Counted from the first letter of the stretch, positions 1-11,462 are shown. The stretch is DNA of 64,000 bases from an uncultured Solirubrobacterales bacterium (GCA_963703825.1 CAVPFS010000003.1:5689-69688); one strand, 5' to 3'. Notes: generated from the sequence alone by a model not told the origin. Translations and numbers: made by a program.

Positions 1-1050
1 GTCGGACTCGTACTGGATCGCCAGGTTGCGCACCGCCGGCCTCGCGGACGTCCTCGAACAGCGGCTCGGCGCCGGCCGAGCATCGTGCGCGCGAGGAACA
101 CGCCCTCGCGCAGGCCCGCCTCGGTCGCCTCGATTCCGTCGAAGCCGCCGAGCTCGACCACGGTCTCGAGCACGAGCGCCGCGCGCGAGGATGATGTCGC
201 CGCGGCCGGGCTTGATCCCCGGGACCATGCCGCGCTCCTGCGGCGGCAGGGCGGCCAGCTCGCGGCACGAGCTGCGCGAGCACGTCGGGCACGATCACGA
301 ACCCCTGGACGCCGAGGTCGACCGGCTCGTCGATCTGGGCCTGCGCCGCGGCCGCGAGGTTGCGGACCGCGCCGCCGATCCCGACCAGGCGACTGCCGCT
401 GCCTGCCAGCCAATCGAGCGGCGCCAGCGACTTGCGCGACGTGGGCGCGCAGCCGCGCGAGCTCCTTCTTCTTGGCCGGCCCGTCGCCGGCGAGGAACTG
501 CTCGGTCATCCGCACCGCGCCGAGCGGGAACGACGCGCTCTCGCCCGCCTGGCGGTCGCGCGACCTCGGTCAGCTGCATGCTGCCGCCGCCGATGTCGAG
601 CACCACCCCGTCGGTCATCGTGCGTCGTGTTGAGCGCCGCGACGTAGCCGAAGTGGGCCTCCTCGGCGGCCGACAGGATCTCGATCTCGAGCCCCGTGAC
701 CTCTCGCGCGTCGGCGAGGAACTGCTCGCCGTTGTCGGCATCGCGGATCGCGCTGGTGGCGACCACGTGGATGTCCTCGGGTCTCGAGGTCGTTGGCGCG
801 GCAGAAGCGCTCGAACACCCCCAGCGTCTCGAGCCCGCGCTCGATCGCCTCGTCGCTGAGGCGGCCGGAGGCGGCCAGCCCGGCGCCGATCCGGACCGTC
901 TCGTAGAGCTCGTCGGTCAGCTTCCACCAGGCGCCCGGGGCAGTAGGTGAAGATCACCAGCCGCCAGGAGTTCGAGCCGAGGTCGATGACCGCAACCTGG
1001 CGACTGCTCTGCGCTGTATGCCCCGCCGCGCGCGTCGTTCGCCAGCTCAC
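1..1050 (-). CDS. ppx: Ppx/GppA family exopolyphosphatase (frameshifted, runs off window start; start approximate)
   Basis: Fragments in several frames: VAVIDLGSNSWRLVI, VATSAIRDADNGEQFL, EEAHFGY, VLDIGGGSMQL. Confidence 0.85.
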
Positions 1051-1095
1051 GCATGCATCATGCGGTCAGCCGCGGACGGCTCACCGATCACCGCC

Positions 1096-1572
1096 TTAGA
1101 TCAGGATGTGACGGGCGCGCGCCGGCTCTTCGCGGATCGCGCGGATCGCCGTCAGGATCACCAGCACCGTCATCAGCACCGCGCTGGACACGCACCACTG
1201 GCAGATCGCCTTGATCGTGAACAGCTCCCGGTAGGTGAGGTACATGCTGAACAGAAAGCCGATCAGCGCGATCGCGAAGCCGATGATCCGGCCGAGCTCG
1301 CCGCGGATCGCGAGCGACAGGAAGATGCCGATGTAGCCGGCGAGGCCCAGCACCGCGACCGGGATCCCGTCGAGCTTGGCGTAGCGCGAGGATTGGACGG
1401 TCTCGCAGCCGCCGCTGGCGAGGCACAGGATCTTGAGCTTGTCGTAGTGCACGTAGACCAGATAGCCGGCGATCCCGATCCCGATCAGCGACAGGACCAG
1501 GATCGCGATCTTCAGGCGGCGGTCAGTGCGGTCGACGGTCGCCGCCGGCTGCGTGGCCGTGACCGTGCTCAT
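1096..1572 (-). CDS. Vitamin K epoxide reductase (VKOR) family disulfide-bond protein
   Basis: Membrane helices, loop cysteines CLASGGC, active-site CQWC; start overlaps the DsbA stop. Confidence 0.9.
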   Translation of the reverse strand: MSTVTATQPAATVDRTDRRLKIAILVLSLIGIGIAGYLVYVHYDKLKILCLASGGCETVQSSRYAKLDGIPVAVLGLAGYIGIFLSLAIRGELGRIIGFAIALIGFLFSMYLTYRELFTIKAICQWCVSSAVLMTVLVILTAIRAIREEPARARHILI

Positions 1573-2368
1573 GAGACCTGCTTGATCACCTGCTGCAGCT
1601 GCGAGTAGCTCGGGACGCTCTCTGGCGCCTCGGCCTTGCCCTTCGGTCCGATGAAAACCAGCGTCGGCGTGCCGGTGACGCCGATCGAGTTGCCCTGCTC
1701 GACGTCAGTTGATCACGGACGTGGTCAGCGCCGGGGCGTTGCGGGCGGACTCCCACTTGCCAGGTTCAGGCCGGTGATCTGCTTGGCGAGGTCGTCAAGG
1801 TAGGTCTCGGTCACGTAGCCCGTGTCCTCCTGGCCCTGCTCGTGGTAGAAGAGCTCGGCGAAGTTCCAGAACTTCTGCTGCTGGCCGGCGGCGAGCGCGG
1901 CGACCTGCTGGTCCTTGAACACGTTCGGGTCGCGGGTCGCGGTCTCGAACGCCTTGTAGACGACCTGGACCTTGCCCGGCGTACCTCGTTTTTGATCAGC
2001 TGCGGGAAGCCGCCGTGGAGCGTGAAGTCGCTGGCAGATCGGGCATTCGAGGTCGCCGTAGTAGGTCATCGTGACCGGCGCGTTCGGGGTTGCCGAGGCG
2101 GGCGCCCGACTGCGGGATGCCGGTCAACAGGTTGTTGACCGCGGTGGCGGTGCTGTTGCGCGGCTTGCCGTTCTGCAGGCCCGGTGAGCTTGTGTGCTGC
2201 CGCCGCCGCTGGAGACGGCGATCAGCGACCGCGACGATCGCCACGCGCAGAGGACCACGCCGCCGATCATCCGCAGGCGGCGATCGCGGCGGGCGCTCTC
2301 GGCGCGGGCCCGCTCCTCGGCGAGGCGGCGCGCGCGGGCTTGTTCCTTTTGCTTGTGCGAGAGGCCAT
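1569..2368 (-). CDS. DsbA-family thioredoxin-fold membrane protein (frameshifted)
   Basis: N-terminal basic segment plus TM helix, YGDLECPICQ, AALAAGQQQKFWNF, GVTGTPT near C-terminus. Confidence 0.85.
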
Positions 2369-2477
2369 GTGAGATCAACGAAGAGAGCCGCGGGTACGAC
2401 GGGGCTCCCCGCGGTCAGGATAGCGAGCGGCAGCCTGATGAAAGCCGCTGGCGGCGTCGATTCATCGCCGATTCTTA

Positions 2478-3534
2478 CTTATTGAGTGCCGCGTCCAGGG
2501 CCTGGCGAAGCTCGGTCGTGCCGAACGCGCCCTCGAGCCGGGCGACGATGATCCCATGGCGGTTGATCGTGAACAGCCACGGCTCGGTCCGAGGTGGAAG
2601 GCCTTCAGTTGCGAGCGAAGGCCCTTGCTCGGCTGGTTGTCGGCATAGACCTCCTCGTGGATGAAGGTGATCCGGTTGCCGAACTGGTGCTGCAGCTCGA
2701 CGGTGACATCGGTGACCGGGCCGCAGACGCGCGAGATGCAGAGCGCCGGTGTCGAGAACAGCAGCGCGATCGGGCGCTTGCCGAGCACCGCGTTCAGCGA
2801 CACCGAGTGCATCTGCTCCGGCGGCTGGCGCGTGGTCAAGAGCGTGATGTTGCCGCCGGTGCTGGCGAGCGTGTCGGTCGCGATATCCGGCGGGCGCTGT
2901 CCGACGTTCGGGATCGGCGAGGCGTCGAAACCGCGATCTCGCCGGTGGCGCCGATCAGCCCTCTGGCGGTGTGGGTGATCGACAGCACGTCGTACGTGCC
3001 CGCGCTCGGGATCGGCAGCTGCGCGGCGTAGATCGCCTTCAGGCCGCCCGGCCCCGAGTTCTGCTTGCTGCGGTACTGCGGCGCAACCGTCATCGGGTCG
3101 GCCGGAGCGAGGAACGGTCCCTTGGCCGGCGCGTCGGGGCTCTGCGCGAAGTAGACCGCGGTCGGCGCGTAGACGAAGGCGCCCGAGTTCTTGGTCAGCC
3201 CGAATGCCAGCCGCCGCGTCCCGGGGGTATAGGTCCCGGTGGCGGCGCCGAACTGGGCGGTGGAAGGCAGCGTCTGCGCGAGCTGGCGCAGCGTCCGCCC
3301 GGCGACCGCCGGGAACTGGCCGCCACGGGGGTGCTCGGCGGCGGCGAGCTCGGCGACGGCCGGCGGCGGCGCGACCGTCGACGCGGTCGTGACAGAGCTC
3401 GAGCTGGCACTGGTCTTGGTCCGCGCAGCGACCGACGCCGACGAAGACGACGACCCGCACCCCCCGACCGAGATCGCCACCGCGAGCACGGGCACGAGCG
3501 GCACGGCGATCCATGCGTGGCGGAGTTGGGTCAT
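2478..3534 (-). CDS. Putative lipoprotein with C-terminal thioredoxin-like domain (frameshifted)
   Basis: Lipobox-like VGGCG followed by Ser-rich linker; LFSTPALCISRVCGP...FIHEEVY. Confidence 0.65.
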
Positions 3535-3652
3535 CGGGTTGCGCACCGGTCCCGCACAATGCCTGTTCGACGCGCGGGTTCTGCGATCTTCGCAGGACGC
3601 TACAGCGGCCTCGTCACGGGCGAGCCGGTCGCCAAGATCCCCGCTAGTTGCG

Positions 3653-3670
3653 TGTAAACATGTTGTTATC
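3653..3670 (-). promoter_or_regulatory. PHO-box-like direct repeat
   Basis: Minus strand GATAACA-ACAT-GTTTACA (11-bp spacing) in the divergent intergenic region. Confidence 0.45.
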
Positions 3671-3714
3671 CGGTGCTTTGGCCCCAGCTCTGGTTTTGAG
3701 TGTGCAATACAGTG

Positions 3715-4571
3715 ATGGCCATGTCGCCTGAGCGAAGCGAAGCGCTGTCGGCACCGTCCGTATCCCCGCAGCGCGCCAACAACCGCCTGCGGCTCGCGGT
3801 GCTTGATCGCGACCCGGGGTTCATGCAGGTGCTCTCCAATCGCCTCGACGCGCTCGGCTGCGAGTACCGCTCGCTGACCGCACCGGCGACGATCGACACG
3901 TTGGTGACGATGCGCCTCAACGCGCTCGTGCTCGACCTCGCGATCATCGGACCGGGGAGCTGGGACTACCTCGAGCGCATCTGCGTGCGGCTGCCGGGCC
4001 TGGCCGTGATCGTCTGCACCGGGCCGTCGTCGGTAGCGCAACGCGTCCGCGGCCTGCGACTCGGAGCCGACGCATGGATCACCAAGCCCTGCCACGCCGA
4101 GGAGCTGATCTGCGTGATCGAGGCCGCCGCTCGCCGGCACCGCCGGGCCGAGATGCCGGTGCTCGACGCCGCCGCGCGCTTCGGCGAGATCACGATCCGT
4201 CCTGACCTTTACCAGGCCTACGCGGCCGACGTCAGCCTTGAGTTGACCGCGCGCGAGTTCGAGATCCTGCACCTGCTGACCGGCTCTGACCGGGTCCTTC
4301 GGCGCGAGGAGATCTACGAGCGGGTGTGGGGGTATGCGATGGCGCACGGCGACCGCTCGGTCGACGTGTTCGTCCGCAAGCTGCGCCAGAAGCTCGGGGC
4401 GGCGTCGCCGCAGTGGAGCTACATCCACACCCACTTCGGGGTCGGCTACCGCTTCGCCCCGGAGCGGGACTCGCGGGAGGCGGCCGGCAAGGACGCCGTC
4501 GCGCGAGAGCTGGCGATGCTGGCCGGCGACGACGCCGACGACGCCGGGCTCGATCCCGCGCTGACCGCTGA
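3715..4571 (+). CDS. OmpR/PhoB-family response regulator (3' end uncertain)
   Basis: Receiver ALVLD...CTG...GADAWITKP; winged helix LTAREFEIL...SVDVFVRKLRQKL...THFGVGYRF. Confidence 0.85.
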
Positions 4572-4607
4572 GCGAAGCGCGCCCCGCAGGTCCGCCTGCG
4601 AGCGGGC

Positions 4608-4647
4608 GTTCACAGGTCGTTCACATCGTCGTTACGAGTCGATAACG
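4608..4647 (+). promoter_or_regulatory. PHO-box-like array, four units at 11-bp spacing
   Basis: GTTCACA 4608, GTTCACA 4619, CGTTACG 4630, GATAACG 4641. Confidence 0.65.
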
Positions 4648-4681
4648 CCAGTCGCGGCGGCTCCCAGCAGCATCAGGCGCG

Positions 4682-5090
4682 ATGGCGCTCGACCGATTCA
4701 CGCCGGGAGGTGCTCCGGGTTGGGCCGCTCGAGATCATGCCCGACGAGCACCTCGCACGGGCCGGCGGGAGGGCGCTGATGCTGTCGATCAGAGAGCTGC
4801 GGCTGCTGACCGAACTTGCCCGCCGCGCGGACAGGATCATGTCTCGCGAGGAGCTGTTCGTGCTCGTCTGGGGCCACGAGATGCGCCCCGGCGACCGCTC
4901 GGTCGACGTATACGTACGCAAGCTGCGGGTGAAGCTCGAGGCGGCACTCCCGGGCTGGCGCTTCATCCACACGCATTTCGGCTTCGGATACCGGCTGGCG
5001 GCCGAGGCGAAACCCCACGCACAACGATCGGTTCACAGCTCGGATAACACGTCAGCGCGCTCGGACACAGACACTGGACGACTTCAATGA
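4682..5090 (+). CDS. Stand-alone OmpR-type winged-helix DNA-binding protein, no receiver domain (ends uncertain)
   Basis: LSIRELRLL...DRSVDVYVRKLRVKL...THFGFGYRL; probable frameshift near start. Confidence 0.8.
5031..5049 (+). promoter_or_regulatory. PHO-box-like repeat upstream of pstS
   Basis: GTTCACA then GATAACA at 12-bp spacing (possibly one indel error). Confidence 0.45.
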
Positions 5091-5104
5091 ACAAGGAGAC
5101 AAAA

Positions 5105-6231
5105 GTGCGTACACGTCGACATCAGCGCGATGGCGGCGGTCGCTGACCGCGGCGCTGGCGATCGCGGCATGCGGTTCGAGCTCGAGCAGCAGCAGCTCGA
5201 GCTCGCGGCGGGGCGGCCGTAGCAGCAGCTCCAGCAGCAGCGGTGGCTCGGCGACCCTCAACGGCGCGGGCTCGACGCTCGCGGCGCCGATCTACCAGCA
5301 GTGGGGTTCGAACCTGAAGTCCCAGGGGCTGACGGTCAACTACAACCCGGTCGGGTCGGGCGCCGGGGTCGCCGACCTGCAGACGGCGACTGTCGACTTC
5401 GCGGGCTACGACCCGGCGCTGAAGCCGGCGGACATCAAGGGGATGAAGGGTCCGGCGTTCCAGTTCCCGGTCGCGTTCGGCGCGATCACGGTGTCCTACA
5501 ACCTTTCCGGGGTCAAGAGCGGGCTGAAGCTCGACGGTCCGACGATCGCCGACATCTTCCGCGGCAAGATCAAGACCTGGAACAACTCCGCGATCAAGTC
5601 GCTGAACCCGGGCCTGAGCCTGCCGAGCACGGCGATCACGGTCGTCCACCGCTCGGACTCGTCGGGCACGACGCCGGCTTCACGACCTACCTGGCGGATG
5701 TGAGCCCGACCTGGAAGTCGTCGATCGGCGCCGGCAAGGACGTCAAGTGGCCGGTCGGCACCGGCGCGGCGAAGAACTAGGCGTCGCGGCGGCCGTCAAG
5801 CAGACCCCGGGCGCGGTCGGCTACGTGGAGCAGGCCTACGCGCTCGAGAACGGCTTCACCTACGCGGCGGTCAAGAACTCGCCGGCAGCTACATCCTGCC
5901 GACGATCGCGAACACGTCGGCGGCCGCGGACGGGGTCAAGGTCCCGGCGGACCTCGGGATCTCGACGATCAACTCGCCGGCCCTCGGGCGTATCCGATCG
6001 TCTCGCAGACGTTCCTGGACGCCTACCAGGATCCGTGCAAGACCGGCGGCGCGAGCTCGTCGATCGCCAGCGGGCTGAAGAAGTTCCTCACGCTACGCGT
6101 TCGGCGACGGCCAGAAGACGCTCGGTTCGGGCGGCAACAAGCTGCCCTACGCGCCGCTGCCGTCGTCGCTGGCCGCAAAGGACACCGCGCAGCTGGCGAA
6201 GATGACCTGCAACGGTTCGCCGATCTCGTAG
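5105..6231 (+). CDS. pstS: Phosphate ABC transporter substrate-binding lipoprotein (frameshifted)
   Basis: SD AAGGAG, lipobox IAACG, LNGAGSTLAAPIYQQW, VGSGAG, HRSDSSGTT, GAVGYVE. Confidence 0.9.
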
Positions 6232-6239
6232 GGAGCGGC

Positions 6240-7279
6240 GTGGAGGCAAGCGCCACCACCGCAGGCGGCGGCCGCTCGGCTTTCGAGCGGTCGCCGGCGA
6301 GCCGGATGCCCGATCAGCTGCTGCGGTAGGGGCTGACCGTCCTCGCAGCGCTGATCCTGGTGCTGCTGGCCTACTTCTTCATCAGCCTGATCGGCGAGTC
6401 GAGAACGCGTTCAGCAAGTTTCGGGCTGAGCTTCATGTTCGGCAACGACTGGGACGTCGTCGCGCAACATCTACCACGGCGCGCCGCTCGTGGTCGGGAC
6501 GCTGATCACCTCGGCGATCGCGCTGATCATCGGCGTCCCGGTGGCGGTCTCGGCGGCGCTGTTCGTGACCGAGCTGTGCCCGAGCCGGCGCGCGCGGGCC
6601 GCTGTCGATGCTGCTCGACCTACTGGCGGCGGTGCCGTCAGTCGTCTACGGCCTGTGGGGCGTGTTCGTGCTCGGCCCTAAGCTCGTGCCGGTCGAGCGC
6701 TGGATCGCGAACACGTTCTCGTTCATCCCGTTCATCGGCGGCAGCGCCAACACGATCGTCGGGGCAACTACTTCATCGCCGGGCTGATCCTCGCGATCAT
6801 GATCCTGCCGATCGTCTCGGCGATCTCGCGCGAGGTGCTGCTGACCGTCCCGGCTGAGCACAAGGAGGCCGCGCTGGCGCTCGGCGCGACCCGCTGGGAG
6901 ATGATCCGGATGGCGGTGCTGCCGTACGCGCGGCCCGGGATCACGGGTGGGGCGATGCTGGGTCTCGGCCGAGCGATCGGCGAGACGATCGCAGTCGTGC
7001 TCGTGATCGGCAACGCGCCGACGATCGGCTCGCACCTGTTCAGCCAGGGCTACACGCTCGCCGCGGTGATCGCCAACGAGTTCAGCGAGGCGGCCAATCA
7101 GCCGATCCACAGCTCGGCGCTGTTCGCCGCCGGGCTGGTCCTGTTCGTGCTGACGCTGATCATCAACATCATCGCCCGCTGGTTCGTCAGGCGCGGAGCC
7201 GCGCGCGGCGCGCGGCGGCCGGCGACGCCGGCGCGATCGGAAGCGGCGGTGCTTCGTTTGCACCGGGGCTCCCGAATGA
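6240..7279 (+). CDS. pstC: Phosphate ABC transporter permease (frameshifted)
   Basis: [43 protein letters not shown]. Confidence 0.9.
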
Positions 7280-8151
7280 GCGCGCTGACGACTTGCCCGA
7301 GGTCAGCGCCGGCCGACGGCGCAAGGACAGGTTCATGCGCGGCCTGCTGCTGGCGGGGACGGTGATCGCGCTGGTGCCGCTGGTGCTGATCATCTACTAC
7401 CTGTTCTACAAGGGGCTGAGAGTCCTGGACGCAGCGGCTTCTTCACGACCGATCCGAACGGCAATTTCTTCGGCAACCCCGGCGGGATCCGCTCAGCGAT
7501 CGTCGGCACGCTCGAGATCGTCGCGTGGCGCGGCCTGATCGCGATCCCGATCGGGATCGGCGTGGCCCTGTACCTGACTGAGTATGGCAGCGAATCGCGC
7601 TTCGCCAACGTCGTCCGCTACTTCGTCGACGTGATGACCGGCGTCCCGTCGATCGTCTTCGGCCTGTTCATCTACATCGTGCTCGTGATCTCGCACGCCG
7701 GCGGCAGCGGCTTCGCCGGCTGGAAGGGCTCGCTGGCGCTGTCGTTGCTGATGCTGCCGATCGTCGTCCGCGTCAGCGGAGGTCGTCCTGCTGCTCGTCC
7801 CGGACAGCCTTCGCGAGGCGGCGCTGGCGCTCGGCGCGCCGCGCTGGCGGGTGATATGGGGTGGTGTTGCCGACGGCGATGCCGGGGCTGGTCACAGGCT
7901 CGCTGCTGGCGGTGGCGCGCGCGATGGGCGAGACGGCGCCGCTGCTGTTCACGGTCTCGGCCGCGTTCGTGCTGACCGGCAACCTGAACTCGCAGATGAA
8001 CACGCTGCCGCTGCAGATCTTCACCGACATCACGAGCCCGAGAAATGCGATCGTCGCCCGAGCGTGGGGCGCGGCGCTGACGCTGGTGGCGTTGGTCCTG
8101 ATCCTCAACATCGTCGCGCGGCTGATCGCGCGAAGGAGCCGCGTGGCATGA
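7276..8151 (+). CDS. pstA: Phosphate ABC transporter permease (frameshifted)
   Basis: [44 protein letters not shown]. Confidence 0.9.
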
Positions 8152-9020
8152 TCCCGCCAGAAACCGAGACCAAGGAAACAGACCGCGATGACAACTACCC
8201 GAGGGCCCGAAGGATCAAGCCTCAGGAAGCGCCGGACGTGTCGGCCCTCGGTGTCAAGGAAGGCGCCGGACATGCCGTCAAGGTCAAGGGGCTGCACGCC
8301 TATTACGGCGACAGCGAGGCGATCAAGGGAGTCGACATCGACTTCCCCGCCAACCAGGTGACGGCGATCATCGGCCCGTCCGGGTGCGGCAAGTCGACGA
8401 TGGTGCGCTGCATCAACCGGATGCACGAGGAGATCCCCGGCGCCCGGGCCACCGGCAGCGTGACGCTCGACGAGTTCGACGTCTACGGCCCGAGCGTCAA
8501 CGTCACCTCGGTCCGCCGCGTGATCGGGATGGTGTTCCAGAAGCCCAACCCGTTCCCGACGATGTCAATCTTCGACAACGTCGCCGCCGGGCTGCGGCTG
8601 ACCGGGACCAAGAGCGACAACATGCGCGAGACCGTCCACCGCGCGCTGCGCGCGGTCGGGCTCTGGGGCGAGGTCAAGAACCGCCTCAACGAGCCTGGCA
8701 CCGGTCTATCGGGCGGCCAGCAGCAGCGGCTCTGCATCGCCCGCACGATCGCGGTCGAGCCCGAGGTGATCCTGATGGACGAGCCGTGCTCGGCACTGGA
8801 CCCGATCGCGACGCTGAAGGTCGAGGAGCTGATCGACGAGCTCAAGGACCGTTACACGATCGTGATCGTTACCCACAACATGCAGCAGGCGGCGCGCGTC
8901 GCGAATTCGACCGTGTTCATGCTCGATGGCGGGGTGGTGGAGCACGCGCCGACCAACGACATCTTCACGCGGCCACAGGACGAGCGGACCGAGCGCTACG
9001 TGACCGGCAAGTTCGGGTAG
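8148..9020 (+). CDS. pstB: Phosphate ABC transporter ATPase
   Basis: [48 protein letters not shown]. Confidence 0.95.
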   Translation: MIPPETETKETDRDDNYPRARRIKPQEAPDVSALGVKEGAGHAVKVKGLHAYYGDSEAIKGVDIDFPANQVTAIIGPSGCGKSTMVRCINRMHEEIPGARATGSVTLDEFDVYGPSVNVTSVRRVIGMVFQKPNPFPTMSIFDNVAAGLRLTGTKSDNMRETVHRALRAVGLWGEVKNRLNEPGTGLSGGQQQRLCIARTIAVEPEVILMDEPCSALDPIATLKVEELIDELKDRYTIVIVTHNMQQAARVANSTVFMLDGGVVEHAPTNDIFTRPQDERTERYVTGKFG

Positions 9021-9030
9021 TGAAGAACTG

Positions 9031-9729
9031 ATGCAAGAGACGCGCCACCAGTTCCGCGAGGACCTCAAGGAGCTCGAGCGCCAGGTCCTCGGCGGCCTTG
9101 ACCTCGTGATCTCGCAGCTCGATCGGGCGCTCGAGGCGGTCAGCTACCAGGACGTCGAGCTCGCCTCGATGGTGGTCGCCGACGACGATCGGATCGACGG
9201 CCGCTACCTCGAGGTCCACCAGGGGATCCTGTCGCTGCTCGCGCGCCAGGCGCCGGTCGCCGGCGACCTGCGGATCGTCGCGGCGCTGCTGCACGTGATC
9301 CGCTGCATCGAGCGGATGGGTGACCAGTGCGTCAACATCGCCAAGCTGGTGCCGCTGTCGGGCTACGAGTCGCCGAAGGACAAGGACATCCTCGACTCGC
9401 TCGAGCGGATGGGCCAGCTCGCCCGCTCCCAGGTCTCGGAAGCCAAGGACGCGCTCTCGACCCGCAACGTCGAGCTCGCCCAGGACCTTGCCCGCCAGGA
9501 CGCCGAGATCAACCGGCTGAACCGCGCGATCTTCAGGCGCGCGGTCGACGTCGGCGACGATCCGGACGTGCGCGAGTGGGGGATGTTCATGATCCTCGTC
9601 GCCCGCTGCCTGGAGCGGATCGGCGACAACACCGTCGACATCGCCGAGCAGGTGGTGTTCGTCGTCACGGGGCTGTTCCGCGAGTTCGACGACGCTTCGA
9701 CGCCGAGCGAGAGCGCGCGCTCCACGTAG
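9031..9729 (+). CDS. phoU: Phosphate signalling protein PhoU
   Basis: QAPVAGDLR, ERMGD and ERIGD repeats; follows pstB. Confidence 0.95.
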   Translation: MQETRHQFREDLKELERQVLGGLDLVISQLDRALEAVSYQDVELASMVVADDDRIDGRYLEVHQGILSLLARQAPVAGDLRIVAALLHVIRCIERMGDQCVNIAKLVPLSGYESPKDKDILDSLERMGQLARSQVSEAKDALSTRNVELAQDLARQDAEINRLNRAIFRRAVDVGDDPDVREWGMFMILVARCLERIGDNTVDIAEQVVFVVTGLFREFDDASTPSESARST

Positions 9730-9842
9730 GCGCCCGGCTGCGCGCGCCGAGCGCCGCGTCCTCGTCGTGGCCGACCGGCCGGCACGGGCTTTGGCCACGC
9801 GGCCAATGACGGCCGCGCGCTCGCGCACATAATTTCGCTGCT

Positions 9843-10599
9843 ATGCACGTGCGGCCGCCCCAGATCGTGGCCTTCGGCGGGGGCGGGTTCTCGATGGAGT
9901 GGGGCAACCCGCTGCTCGACGACTTCGTGCTCTCGCTGACCGGCGTCGAGCGCCCCAAGGTCTGCTTCTTGCCGACCGCCAGCGGCGACGCCGACCACTA
10001 CGTGGTCCGCTTCTACCGGGCCTTCGGTACGCCTCGCTGCGATCCGTCGCACATCTCGCTGTTCAGGCGCGAGACCGGGGTCGGCGACCCGCTCTCGCAC
10101 CTGCTGGCGCAGGACCTGATCTACGTCGGCGGCGGCAGCCTGGTGTCGCTGCTCGGCACCTGGCGCGCGCACGGGATCGACGTTGTGCTGCACCGGGCCT
10201 GGCGCGCGGGCGTCGTGCTGTGCGGCGGCTCGGCCGGCTCGTTGTGCTGGTTCTCGGACGCGCTCTCGAGCTTTCACGAGGGCGCGCCGCGGCGGCTGCA
10301 GGGGCTCGGGTTCCTCCCCTGGAGCAACGCCGTCCACTACACGGACGAGCCCGGGCGCCAGTCGGCGTTCCTCGACGCGATCGGCTCAGGGATGGCACCC
10401 GGCTACGGGGTCGGCGACGGCGCGGCGCTGCATTTCGTCGGAACTGACCTGGCCGAGGTGGTCTCGTCGGTGCCAGGGGCACGGGCCAGGTACGTCTCCA
10501 CGGCCGCCGATGGCGCCGCGTTCGAGCGTGAGCTCGCGGTCCGCTATCCTCGGCGAGCCGGTCGCCTGCGGAGCGGGCGGCGAGGCGCTGGCGGCGTGA
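9843..10599 (+). CDS. Peptidase E (S51 family), copy 1; probable frameshift near 3' end
   Basis: GGGGF, CFLPTASGD, IYVGGG, GGSAG, VHY. Confidence 0.8.
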
Positions 10600-10664
10600 C
10601 GCCGCCCCCGGCGCGAGGGCGCGGCGCGTGCGCTGAGCGGGGCCGTCCGTCATCCTGGCCAAGG

Positions 10665-11462
10665 ATGACCGCATCCGACGGCGATCAGCGCAGGATCCTC
10701 GCGATGGGCGGCGGGGGCTTCACGATGGCCGACCGCAGTGACGCGCTCGACCGGCTGATCCTGACGCTGACCGGAAAGCCGGTCCCGAAGGTCTGCTTTT
10801 TGCCGACCGCGAGTGGCGATCCGCGCGAGCAGAGCAGCCGCTTCTACGAGCGCTTCTCTGCGTGGCCGTGCGAGCCGAGCATCCTGTCGCTGTTTCACCT
10901 CGCTCGTGATCGTGTCGATCCGCGCGATCATCTGCTCGCCCAGGATGCGGTCTACGTTGGCGGCGGCTCGATGCGCAACATGCTCGCGGTCTGGCGTGAG
11001 CACGGCGTCGATCAGGCGATGCGCCGCGCCTGGGAGCGGGGAATCGTGCTCGCCGGCCTGAGCGCCGGGGCGATGTGCTGGTTTGCGGGCGGGATCACGA
11101 GGAGCGGCGGCCGGCCCGCGCCGGTCGACGGGCTCGGGCTGCTGGAAGGGAGCCTCTCAGTTCACCTCGACAGCGAGCCCGAGCGCCTGCCGGTATTCCG
11201 CGCCGCGGTCGCCAGCGGAGCGCTGGCCACCGGGTACGCCGCCGACGATGGCGCAGCGCTGCTGTTCGCCGGCACGAGGCTGCAGGAGTGCGTGAGCTCG
11301 TCGCCCGGGGCGCGGGTGGTGCGCGTGCTCGGCGGTGACGGCGGCGAGACGAGCATCCAGCCGCTGCCGGTCAGGCTGCTGCCGGCCGCTTCGGCGTGTC
11401 CGCCCGAAGAGGGAATCTCAGAGCTTCGCGCGCTTCGCGCCGGTCGTCACCGCTGGGACTGA
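10665..11462 (+). CDS. Peptidase E (S51 family), copy 2
   Basis: GGGGF, CFLPTASGD, VYVGGG, GLSAGAMCWF, VHL. Confidence 0.85.
   Translation: MTASDGDQRRILAMGGGGFTMADRSDALDRLILTLTGKPVPKVCFLPTASGDPREQSSRFYERFSAWPCEPSILSLFHLARDRVDPRDHLLAQDAVYVGGGSMRNMLAVWREHGVDQAMRRAWERGIVLAGLSAGAMCWFAGGITRSGGRPAPVDGLGLLEGSLSVHLDSEPERLPVFRAAVASGALATGYAADDGAALLFAGTRLQECVSSSPGARVVRVLGGDGGETSIQPLPVRLLPAASACPPEEGISELRALRAGRHRWD

Noticed and set aside
5778-6330. TAG codons in pstS and pstC as stop-codon recoding
   Set aside because: They lie in an error-rich zone; TAG at 6328 is one base from TGG, TAG is used as a normal stop elsewhere, and no pyrrolysine machinery is seen.
1-8151. Mass pseudogenisation or programmed frameshifting of ppx, dsbA and pst genes
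   Set aside because: Indels cluster regionally across unrelated genes while motifs stay intact, which is typical of low-coverage long-read error.
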